From assembly GCA_030141605.1 (NCBI GenBank), contig JAQGDQ010000653.1, forward strand, positions 54,814 to 118,813: 64,000 nucleotides of DNA. Reading direction: 5' to 3'. Source of the DNA: Tubiluchus corallicola (taxonomy: Eukaryota; Animalia; Priapulida). Positions 26,427-37,149 of the stretch are shown here, in pieces. Under the pieces are notes generated by a model. The model did not search any database. It worked only from the letters and a program-made list of their open reading frames with translations, and was not told the DNA's origin. The stretch's first letter is position 1, and the number at the start of each line of letters is the position of its first letter. Made by a program: the position numbers and the translations under genes.

Positions 26427-27305
26427 ATGACTGTTGGAACATTAGCCAGAAAGACTCTATTTATCACAGGAGCCAGCCGCGGGATTGGAAAATGTATTGC
26501 ACTCCGTGCTGCAAGAGATGGCGCTAACATTGTGGTGGCAGCCAAAACTGCAGATGCACATCCCAAACTGCCAGGTACAATTTTCACTGCAGCAAAAGAT
26601 ATTGAGAATGTTGGCGGAAAGTGCCTTCCATGTGTTGTTGATGTAAGAGAAGAAAGTCAAGTAGAAGAAGCTGTAGATAAAGCAGTAAAATTGTTTGGAG
26701 GCATTGACATTGTTGTGAACAATGCCAGTGCAATTAAACTTTTAGGGACTGGGGATCTTGAAATGAAAAGATATGATTTGATGATGGACATTAACGCCAG
26801 AGGTACATACCTGGTTTCTAAAGTCTGCTTTCCCCATTTATTAAAGTCTCCAAATCCTCACATATTGAACATCAGTCCTCCACTGAATATGGCACCTCAC
26901 TGGTTTAAGAATCATGCTGCATACACGATGGCAAAATATGGCATGTCAATGTGTGTTCTGGGAATGGCAGAAGAGTTCGCTGAGGGTGGGATTGCTGTAA
27001 ATGCTCTATGGCCAAAAACTGTCATCTGTGCAACTCATGCTATTTTATCGGGCCCACATATTATAAAGCTGTGCAGAAAAGCTGAAATAATGGCTGATGC
27101 TGCTTATGCTATTATAAACAAACCCAGCAAATCTTTTACTGGAAACTTTGTTGTTGATGAAGAAATTCTCAAGGATGAAGGTGTAACAGATTTTGAACAG
27201 TATGCTTGTGTACCTGGTTCAACCCCTCTGCCAGACTTTTTCTTAGAATCTACACCTGATGAAATAAAGAAACAGTTAGTATCAAAAGACAATTCAACAA
27301 ATTAA
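26427..27305 (+). CDS. HSDL2: HSDL2 tandem paralog with SDR domain only (no SCP2, no PTS1)
   Basis: Intact 292-aa ORF retaining TGASRGIG, NNAS and YTMAK. Stops shortly after PDFFL. Same upstream acceptor TTCTTACAG and a homologous upstream motif CATCAATTTTGTTA. Confidence 0.9.
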   Translation: MTVGTLARKTLFITGASRGIGKCIALRAARDGANIVVAAKTADAHPKLPGTIFTAAKDIENVGGKCLPCVVDVREESQVEEAVDKAVKLFGGIDIVVNNASAIKLLGTGDLEMKRYDLMMDINARGTYLVSKVCFPHLLKSPNPHILNISPPLNMAPHWFKNHAAYTMAKYGMSMCVLGMAEEFAEGGIAVNALWPKTVICATHAILSGPHIIKLCRKAEIMADAAYAIINKPSKSFTGNFVVDEEILKDEGVTDFEQYACVPGSTPLPDFFLESTPDEIKKQLVSKDNSTN

Positions 27306-27559
27306 ATTTACAATTAAATGTATGGTACCAGCTTGATTACTGTACAAAATATTACGTGGAAATTACAGTCTGGGAGTATGTATTAAGCAGAAGCTGTAAG
27401 CTAAATTAATAGCTTGGTGATTGTTGTAACAAATTATGGTACTAAGTCAGTGAGAAAAAGCATTGCTGTCTGAGCTTTATTATAAACTCTAAGTTTAACC
27501 ATTCACCAAGTGCATCTTCCTAAAACTTTCCTTCAACAAAATATAGGCCTAATTGACAA

Positions 27560-27763
27560 TTAGGGCTTGCACTCCCTAAATTCTTCGATGTACTTGAACT
27601 TGTCATCGCAAAGGCATTGTCACACACATATTCTGAGAGTGCCTTACTGGAGCAACCCCTGTTTCTGTACATCTTGCTTTTTGTATTATATAAACAAATG
27701 TTTTCTATACACATATATGAGCATTTTAGTTTTTGTGTTGGACCACACCCTCTTGTTCTCGTC
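27560..27763 (-). pseudogene. Myb/SANT (trihelix)-like domain remnant, possibly from a PIF/Harbinger element
   Basis: Minus-strand DENKRVWSNTKTKMLIYVYRKH, then stops and a frameshift, then CDDKFKYIEEFRECK. Resembles the WSxxETxxLI...CxxKFKxL pattern. Confidence 0.4.
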
Positions 27764-29483
27764 TATTTTTCCAGACTTCTTATCTATGTTAAGACTATAC
27801 GATGTCACGACAACGCAAGCTGTATTACTACATGTATATGGCTATAACCCCAATCGAAGTAGGAAGACATTAGATAATAAGTTGACGAAACATGGTAAGA
27901 TGACGAGCAACTCTTGGTGACCATTGGTGGACTTTGGGCCACGGATTTTTGGACCTCGGATTAGTTAGACGGGCACTAGCGCGCCTGCATTTCGGGAAGG
28001 TATTGCACAAAAACAGGTGCTGTATCTCTCAGTTCAGATGTGTTAGTTTTTGACGAACTACACACGTTCGACAGTTCATGCGTGAGCACAGCGGTAAATT
28101 TGAAATTTTATCTTAAAACTTGCCTAGTTTTAGTACAACACACTGAATGACTTACAGTAGTACTGAACCGTACTGTACAATTTTCGCTTTCAGAAACACG
28201 TGCAACGCGCTCGTGGAATGTTTTTTGCTGTTAAAAATAATGTTAATTTGTGATGTCATCAATAGTTGGGCTCGCACGCAGTTAATTAAGATTTTAATCT
28301 ATTATTTACTCGTCAGAAACGCTGTTGCAATATTATTCGTGTTAAAATGTATACTTTTTTGTCGGGCCTGAAAATTGGGTGGGATATGGAAAATCATCCT
28401 GTCTTCCTTTAAGCCATTTGGCCCGATTTTTCTCGCCTTGTGCCTAAGGGACACCACAATATTGAGTAAAAGAACTTACTTAAGCTTTAACTTCTAAAAG
28501 TGATTTACTTTAACTTTTTGGTGTTCAATGCAGTGCAACTGTTACAAACTGGAGTGATCGCGGCCAATTTTTTAATATCAGTTACTAATAAACTCGTTAC
28601 AACTAAGTGGGGAGTAAATTTTCTGGCAAAAAAGTTAAATGTGAAGTTTTTTGTAGGGGAAATTTTTTTTCGGACAAAAACTCTTTTCTGGGAAAAAAAC
28701 TTTTCTGGAAAACGAGTCTACACCGGTAGATTGTCGTTCTGCTCGATCTGTCTTTATTAAGTTTACTGAATGACGTATAAAAGCGGCAGAATTTTACATT
28801 AATTGAAAGCACACACAAAAAATGATTTAGAAGCTTATTCCATCAAATTATAGGTAGCTTTCTACAAATCAATTTGCCTGTAACTAATCAGTCTAACAGC
28901 AATAATTAATTTATAGCGTCTAGACTTTTTTGTTTAACTTGTAGTGTTCTAAATCATACAAGTAAACGAGTTGGCTTGTGGTCGCTGCCCTTTCTTCCTA
29001 AAATATTTTCAAATTATTATTTGTATTACATCTGTGTGTGTGTGTGTATTGCAAGATGAATAGAATATTATGTTATATTACGTTATGTTGCGTTAAGTAA
29101 TTTTTCGAAATCCAAAATGGCGTTTTTACTATAGAAGCGCTTCACTTGCGTTTTCACTTTTTTCAGAATAACAAATAAATTGTTGTTTTTCGTAAACCAT
29201 ATTAATTATCTTAGTAAAATAAGTGATGTTGCAACTATGCACACTGTTCAGTTGTGATCTACACATATTTGTTTGCTACTTGTCGGGCTTACATATATGC
29301 AGTTTTATGTAAAATCTAGCCGTTTGATCTATTATGTTGTAGGCCTATGCACCACACATTTTAAGCTCTAGACATTTTGAATGCTTCCTATTCTCTCGTA
29401 CATATATAAAGCCTATAATAGACTAAATATATATTTTAGTAAATAAATATTTATGATTTGCAGACTTTAGCTGGGAACCTAAG

Positions 29484-29884
29484 CAAGGGCATATTACCAA
29501 CAGGCTATAGCTTAAGGCGCCAAAGTTTGAGAGGCATCATTTTAGAAAAATATCTTTTTCTCCTCGGAAAATGTGTATATAATTTCCTATTCATGTAAAG
29601 AGCGCATTTTATAACACACCACAGGCAGCTACTGAGCTCACCTTTTATATAAGTACCACATAATGAACAAGTGAGAGATATTACACAACAAGCAGTTGCG
29701 CAGCCTGCTTTAATATAAGCGCTATGCAGATGCATGTATTTAACAATGACCACGTAAAAGCTAGGTTAATAGTGTTACTAATATATCACAAGCAATTGTT
29801 TAACTTCACAATAATAAATTCACAATAGAAATGGGCGGGAAAGAATTTCATCATAGGTGGTCGTAAAGTCTTGATACGTCCCTG
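29484..29884. mobile_element. hAT-type MITE, copy 1
   Basis: Termini CAAGGGCATAT and ATACGTCCCTG; 8-bp TSD AACCTAAG / AACCTGAG (7/8 match). Homologous, in inverted orientation, to 34643-35080. Confidence 0.85.
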
Positions 29885-30442
29885 AACCTGAGGCTTACCA
29901 AAATTCCATGCAGTAGGTGGACCCACACATTCTGAAGCCGGCCCTGTAAATTTCTGAACTCCAGATTATTGTGTTCCAAATCGTTGGGCACCGGATTGTC
30001 ATATATTTACCAAATCTTGTTATTTTTTTATAATTTTGTTCTTATTATTTCAGTTTGTTGCTTTTACGTTATATTTTTTAGCTTTTGTTCAATTTAAGCA
30101 AACCTCGCGCACGAGTGATACACATTATAAATACCCCAACCCAATCAAGTAACCTTCCAGCAAAATTCATGATGAATGCCACCTATTAAAATGGCGTTAA
30201 AGACACACAAACTGTGGCAAAAGTTGCGGGGACGATTGTTTTATTATACTTTTAATAGCTGAAAAATTTGAAAAAGAATGGATACGGGAATAGCAGCTGA
30301 TTGAGAAGTGTGTGTTAAAGAAAAGGACAAGTCACTTAGCATGTTGGGCTTATTTTACTGTTATCACTTGAACTTAGAAAAACGTGATACACGCAAATAA
30401 CTAGCTATGAAGTACAAAGTTAATTTATACCACCGTCATACA

Positions 30443-30691
30443 GAAATTTTTACACACGGTGGTAGCTGTCATTCAAATATAGCTTAACATTATCCATCTT
30501 CAAAATTCCATTGGGTATTCTCTTGTTGTATATATCAGGATGTTGTATGAAAGATGAAAATTATGACGTAACTGGTGGACTTCGTGGCTTTCCGTAAGTG
30601 CGCGCTCGAAATTTTCACGCACGGTGGTAGCTGTCATTCACTTGAAAATTATGACGTAACTGATGGTCTTCGTGGCTTTCCGTAAGTGCGC
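30443..30691. repeat. Two-unit tandem duplication (~85 bp) whose first unit carries an inserted sulfotransferase exon fragment
   Basis: CACGGTGGTAGCTGTCATTCA...GAAAATTATGACGTAACTG...CGTGGCTTTCCGTAAGTGCGC occurs twice. Positions 30478-30560 match 32586-32668. Confidence 0.9.
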
Positions 30692-31993
30692 ACTTCTGCT
30701 GCTTACCTATTGTGTTCATGCAGAAATGTCACAAAATTAGCATTCTGATTTTTTGCAAAAACTTAATAGGCCTATATTTTGACTGAAATTGATAGTACAC
30801 TGTTTTTCTTCAATCGATGATCGACGTCATTGGTGGAAAAATGGTTCAAAATGGGAGTACCCAAGCGTGAAACAATCACGACTTGTTAAAGTAATTTTAC
30901 TAATTACGTCAGGTGCGTATCACATTTTTATTATTAAGTGCTTCTAACATTTTTCGCGAACATTGAAATAAGCCCAACACCTAACTGAATTAAAATCTGT
31001 GTTAGTAACTACGGCATCAATACATTTTTATTTCTGTGGCTGGCTTTACAATTGTAGATAGGAAAACTCCTTGCATAATAGATCTCAACTAAAAAAAATT
31101 ATTTGCGATTAAAACGCCAGTGAAAATTAACATGGTCTACTAGTAGTAGACTACTAACAAGATAGAAGACTACTAGCGAATTTAGATTTAAAATATAGAT
31201 TTGATCTATTACATTATTCCCAACAAAATTAATATACACAACAATTGCAAGACACAATATTTTCTATGGGGAAAAATTAGAAATTAGACAAACATAAAAA
31301 TTATTAAAAGAAACCACCAATTCTTCGTAATAGGCGAAAAAAACTTCTCAAAGTAAACAGATACAGTAAAAAGCTATGTGTAAAATTAATTTATTATTAG
31401 GTATACTAGCACTTATCTAGTCGGTAATTTTTTGGCTTGGATTTGTCAATATTTAAAATTATGGGACACTTCAGCGCTCGCCCACTGGTCCTACAATTTT
31501 GATTGCATGACTAAATGAGCAAGAGACTGTCATCTAGCGCTCATTCTGAGTGGCGCTTATGGCACGTGCCTGATTTACCATACCCTAAATAGGCCACCGA
31601 ACTGTATAAATATTATTTAAAAACTGTTGACCGTAAACAAGCTCACTAACGTAACGCAATGTCTAAACAATAGTTGATTTTCGAATGTGAAAGGTGCCTA
31701 GGTACTCAAGCAGCATTATGATGTATATTGATAATTGTTTCTAGTATCCTTCGGTACTCTGTGGGCTTTGTGTATTTCAATTTTAAGTGTTGACTAATGA
31801 ATTATCCGTATTTTGAACGAACTATCTATGTAATTACATTCTTGAACTAACCAGTTGTACAAATCTGTTCTCAACTAAAATATACTTGTTGCACATAGTG
31901 GAAATACCTCGAACAGTAATAATACTGTACGTTAATCCACTTAAAACAAATAAAGTTTTATACATCAACCAGCAGTTTACTTTCAGGTTAGTT

Positions 31994-34900
31994 TCAACGG
32001 ATAAACCATCTTTCTGTATCAGGAAACAGTTGTCTTTGTCGTTCTTGCAGCTCTAGGGTGAATTCCTTTGATCCTTTTATATAATCAGCACAAAATTTTG
32101 GTGCCTCGGCTTTTAGTGTGCGGTGTTGTACAATTGCTAACTTGTGTACCTGTTTTGCGCCAGGACGTTCAAAAGGTAACTTATTTTCTGCAGTTTGATT
32201 CTGTAAACACAAATATCTACGCCGATCCGTTTCCAATCTCAATTTCTGAAGGTCCCTCTTCATTCTTTCTGTGCCGTATTTTTTTACCTTTTCATCAAAC
32301 GCAGCGCTAAAATGTTTATAAAGTCGAAAATCTCCCCAGCACCAGTCTGTCACTAACTTCATTTCTGAACTGCTGATGTTCGTCCTGTGTACTGACTTGC
32401 GGACATTTCTTGGCATAACTAACGTGACGTCACTCCACTGCCAACCAAGAAGTTGTCTAAGCAGAACTAATGACTCCTCAAATCGTTCGAGTATCATGAT
32501 TAGATCAAACTCTTTCTCGATCATTTTTATTACAGAGTTTATAGCTTCGCCGTTTCTCTTATCTCCTTCTTTCAAACCAAAAATGTATAGCATAACATTA
32601 TTCATCTTCAAAATTCCATTGCGTATTCTCTTGTTGTACATATCAGGATGTTGTATAAAAGATGAAAAATTTACGCCAAAACGTTCTGACCAACCATTAT
32701 AGGAATAATATGATTCCAACATTGTTGCTGGGTGTCGTATTATAGCAACCATTTTGGCTTTAGGCATGAGTTCCTTTATAACTTTTAAATTAAATCTGCT
32801 GTGATGGGAAAATATATTAAAATACTTTTTCGGGTTGTGCAGTATCCTTCTCTTGTCATAGATAAACGGTTTAAACATACCAAGTGAATTCAATGGAGCT
32901 CTGCGAGGAAGTAAAATTGATAGATTGTGCGCTTTTCCGTACCTTAGAAGGATATTTTGAATGCTGCTGCTGCCGCACTTTGGTACCTTTAAGAAGTAAA
33001 CATCATTGATAGGTTCCTTTAAGCTGATGGCTTCCGTTGATAATGAAGCAGATACGCTTGGCTTAACATTCTTTGGTAACGAGGGCCACTGCTTAGAAAA
33101 TGCATTCCTGAAAAATAAAAAGACAATTTATGAATAGCTTGCATCGTATTCAATACACGAACAGACTGGACTCATAACTTTATTACACCACTCCACCTCC
33201 ACTACTGGCAATTCAGTCAGTGTGGGTGCTACATTACATCTAACTTTGTGAGACCAGATGTTATTATATAACTTCACGACATCACGCAAAAAATATAGAT
33301 ACCTAAAAGTATATGATAGGGGCGTAATTGAGAAATACTAATCCTATTAAATTTGAAACCCGGTCAGCAACTTGTTACCTGCAACTCGGTGACCCAATCG
33401 ACGTTTATCCATGACCCACTGACCCTGTTGCATTTTGTAATGCACTCGTTTTGTGCCGTGTATAACACAAAATTGAGTATACGTGGCAGAATTATTTTTA
33501 TTAATAATAACTACTGCATAGAGGTTTTACTACCCAGTTTGGCTAAACCCAACCGATTACAGAAATTTCTTTACTCTGTTGAAAGGAACATTTCGTCTTA
33601 ATAATAATAATAACAACAATAATCTTTATTTAAAGTCGGCTTTTTGGATCAACAATTAATATATGTTCCGAAGAACTTATGGCCGACTATAAGCAACAAC
33701 CTACAACTACATAACAGAGACTATCATTACCCCACTTTTACCCTAAATACCACACGTCCGGCAGGGCAACAGCAGGTACCAGTTTTAAAGACTTTGGTAT
33801 GACCCTCCGCTGTATTGAACTCACGACCTCCCAGAAGGAAAGCGAACGGTAGAACAAACCCTCTTAGAATTATTATTTGCTTCCATTGCAGTACATTCGT
33901 GCTGCATATTTTTGTCTTTCCAGTAGTTTACAAAGCCATCATAGCAATAATATTTGGAAGAAATTCTGGGATGTGCTTTGGTTTGCTAAGGTAAGACAAT
34001 TATTTCCATTATGACATAGCCATACATATTTGGCAAAACGCGGCGAGAATACGTTGACCGTTTGAGGAAGAGTCCCTGTGCTGCATTTAGCTTCAATACC
34101 AAACAACTTGTTTGCTAGTCTCCCAAAACCTTCACTTTTAAATTCCAACAAATTAGTAGTTGTTATAAAACAGCTGACAAAATGCCGCAATTAGGACTGT
34201 ATTGCAGCCGCAGATTTCTTCCATTATGCTGTTTTGATCATGAGAATCAGCACACTTTTCAATAGATATGCAGCCTCTAAACTGATTGAAATTTTCTATC
34301 GATGTGGCCAATGCTATCATAGCTAACCAAAATACTAAAATCTAGAACAGCCACTATGTGCACTTTTTGAAATACAGTAGTAACGTTTTTTGAATGCAGT
34401 GATCTGGGGATTCAAACGTAACAGTTTGCACGCACATTTGTCAACCTAATTAAAACTCGAACATAATATGGTAAACATGTTTCAGACCCCCAATGACTCT
34501 ACATCTAATTTGCACTAAACGTGATCTAAAAATATTTGTTTTCGGTTTTTTGTAGAGCTTGTATTAGCTTAATTGGTAATGATAGCAATAAAGGTAATTT
34601 CATTGGATGTTAAGGCTTTTAGTTGCCATTTGCAGCCCTCCCCAGGGGCATATCAACAGTTTACAACGCCTTGGGCTGCTACTTCTGTCCCGCCCATCTT
34701 AATTGTGAATTTCTGCTTCTGTAATGAGCAGATTAAACATCAACTTGTGGCGTATTAGAAATACTATTAACCTAGTTTCTTTGTTGTCATTAATAACTAC
34801 ATGTATTTGCATAGCGCTTATATTCAAGCCGGCTGCGCAACTACTTGTTGTGTAATACCTTGCATTATGTTCGTTATGTCACTTATGTGGCCCTTATATA

Positions 34901-35256
34901 TAAAATCTGCACTCAGTAACTGCCTGTGGCGTGCTATAAAATTTGCCTTTACAGTCTACGTGAATATGAAAGTATACACAGTTTCCGAGGAGAGTAAGAA
35001 TTTTTCCTATAATGTGACGCCCCTCAAACTTTGGCGCCCTAGGCTATAGCCTAGTTAGCCTATTGGTTAATATGCCCCTGGCCCTCTCAGGCTGTTTAAA
35101 CTGGTTGAACTTGCAGGATTGCAAATGGTGAACAATAACCGCCAATGAGTTTTATTGTTATGTTTTTTTCAAAGCACTGAGGAAGGCTTACCTACATAAC
35201 CAATACACTGACAAGACAGTGAAACAAAACGCTAATCGTTTCTGCACGCTGTACAT
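31994..35256 (-). CDS. GAL3ST: Galactose-3-O-sulfotransferase-like type II Golgi membrane protein (~392 aa); exons 35192-35256 and 31994-33107
   Basis: Exon 1 encodes MYSVQKRLAFCFTVLSVYWLC (short TM anchor) and ends AG|GTAAG; its phase 2 matches the acceptor TTTCAG at 33108. Exon 2 has 5'-PSB-like FLKVPKCGSSSIQNILLRYG, 3'-PB-like IIRHPATMLESYYSY, and FDLIMILERFEESLVLLRQLLGW typical of the Gal3ST family. Family-level call only. Confidence 0.88.
33600..33700 (-). mobile_element. Retroposon 3'-tail remnant inside the sulfotransferase intron
   Basis: On the minus strand AATAAAG is followed by an (ATT)n tail and preceded by an AGTCGGC...GCCGACT inverted repeat. Confidence 0.45.
33740..33855 (-). 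mobile_element. tRNA-derived SINE fragment
   Basis: Minus strand GGTCGTGAGTTCAATAC (B-box-like) is followed by GGTCATACCAAAGTCTTTAAAACTGGTACCTGCTG, which I recall as resembling a conserved central SINE domain in many metazoans (not verified). Confidence 0.6.
34643..35080. mobile_element. hAT-type MITE, copy 2 (intronic)
   Basis: Perfect 11-bp TIR CAGGGGCATAT / ATATGCCCCTG; 8-bp TSD GCCCTCCC / GCCCTCTC. Confidence 0.9.
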
Positions 35257-36345
35257 TCTTCTTCCGACGCTTCTCGTTTAAACAATTGATGATTTACTTG
35301 TTGCCAAAGTCAGTCGTCAGAATGTCATCAAATCAGCCTGGACAATCACCTGCAGAAACAAGCAGAATGGGGGGCAGTTACATTAAGGGAAAGCAGCTAC
35401 ATCAGAAGCCTGACAAAAGCAACTGGCTGGCTATAACTATCCAGTTAGTACATATTACTCTCCTTGGTCAGCGATGACCAGTATTCAAACAAAGCTAGTT
35501 TGTGTTCCCATAGAGTTGTCCTAGTGCCATCCAAATAAAGTTTACTTGATACAAATCTCATTTCATTACAGCGCTTATGAAAATGAATTTGGCTTCTTTT
35601 TCTTGTCTATAACGCTGTAAATGAATCTCCCAGACGCCGCCCGTTTGGCAACAATAACCCCCCCCCCCGCAAAAACTAAATGTATAATCATTCTGCGCCG
35701 AGTATGAGGAGATTCTCCGTGTAACCACAACAATCGCTATCATGTTTTAATATTAAAAGTTTTCGCAAAACATCTTGCATAATTTGTCTTTGTTGTCGTT
35801 GTCGTTGTTGTGTTCGAACTACATGTATAACATAAACTCTTCGATTGCCGCTGCTTGGATTGTTGGATGAGTGACATGTATTAAAGCACATTGAAATTAC
35901 AATCCCGTGTAAAATAAACAATACTTAAACAGTTTTTATCAGAGTGAATTAAATTGCAAGTGATAAATATCATTAAAGCTATTTTCTAAACACTTGCTTA
36001 AAATATAGACAAATTTGATTCCTTAGGTAGTAACAAACTGGGTAACAGACAAAAGCATTTAGGTAATTTTCTCGCAACAGTTAATAATGCGGAGCCAGGA
36101 GTAAGGAAAAGCACTTACCTCTCAACAGATTTTACTCTGGCAAAGTATTCTCCATACAAAAAATTTTATTACTCCCCCCCCCCCCGAACAGTATCATATT
36201 TTCGACAGTAAAAAAATTATAGACATAATGCATTTTAAAAGATCCGGAACTGTCCGTTTTGTTGTTGTCCTTCATAACTTCAAGGTAAAGCTACGAAAGG
36301 CGGCTATTTAGTGTTGTGCACCTTAAAAAATAAGCAACAGTAAAT

Positions 36346-36596
36346 CGATGGCTTCCTGTTGAAACCTGCTATCTCCATTTTTGCGTTTTTTCAAAAATGC
36401 ATTTTTTTCTAAATTATACTGCATTACTCAAAACAACCTATGATTACAATATCAGTTAGCATTTTGTAAGATTTAACATGGCTTATGTAGTTTTTGTACC
36501 ATTTTTGGACATGCCAAGTGCTACGTATTCCATTTTGCATGCAAAATCTCATTTTGGCCAAAAATGGAGATAGCAGGTTTCAACAGGAAGCCATCG
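36346..36596. mobile_element. 251-bp MITE with perfect 38-bp TIRs and an AAAT target duplication (Sola1-like)
   Basis: CGATGGCTTCCTGTTGAAACCTGCTATCTCCATTTTTG (36346-36383) and its exact reverse complement (36559-36596), with AAAT on both flanks. A 4-bp AWWT TSD is characteristic of Sola1. Confidence 0.85.
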
Positions 36597-37149
36597 AAAT
36601 GCATTTGATGCAAAGTTTGTATTTTATAACGCTCAACACGAAAATAAAAAAAACAAACATTTTACACTACATGTAAGACTTACATGAAAAGAAATGCATA
36701 ACAAAATGCCATATTGTTGTTCGCCACTCGTGAAGGTTCAAAGGACAGTAGCCACCTGCCCTGCAACAATCTAGCAACAGACGCCTAAGATACTGCCCCT
36801 CTTTACTCCTGCCCTCTTTGCCCGACTCACCTTCAGATGTTGTGAACTATAACTCAACCTTTTTATGCTTATTTTCTACTTCGGCACACAATACGAAGAT
36901 ATACAGGGCTGATTACTTGTTGTAGAATAACAGAATAACATTTTACACTTAACCTATTAAAGACGTTAACATTGGGTCAAACGTCCCATTACTTACCTGT
37001 CCATGCCTGCCAGCCATACAGGTAATTGTCATTGCAAGATGACTTCTCTGTTTTGTATAGCCCTAATTGCTCGTTGTTCTGATCGATTCATTGTACTTTA
37101 CAGTAGAGTGTTAGCGTGTACTTTATTTTAGGTCATGTCATACAAACGA

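Noticed and set aside
22536-32702. Antisense ORFs overlapping the HSDL2 copies and the sulfotransferase (and 10895-11233 opposite the membrane protein)
   Set aside because: They are shadow frames of real coding sequence with no recognisable motifs.
29505-35049. Pair of similar 82-aa ORFs suggesting a small gene family
   Set aside because: Both lie inside copies of the same hAT MITE with TIRs and TSDs; the similarity is non-coding repeat homology.
29484-35080. Single composite transposon carrying the sulfotransferase exon
   Set aside because: Each MITE has its own distinct TSD and the outer flanks do not match, so they inserted independently.
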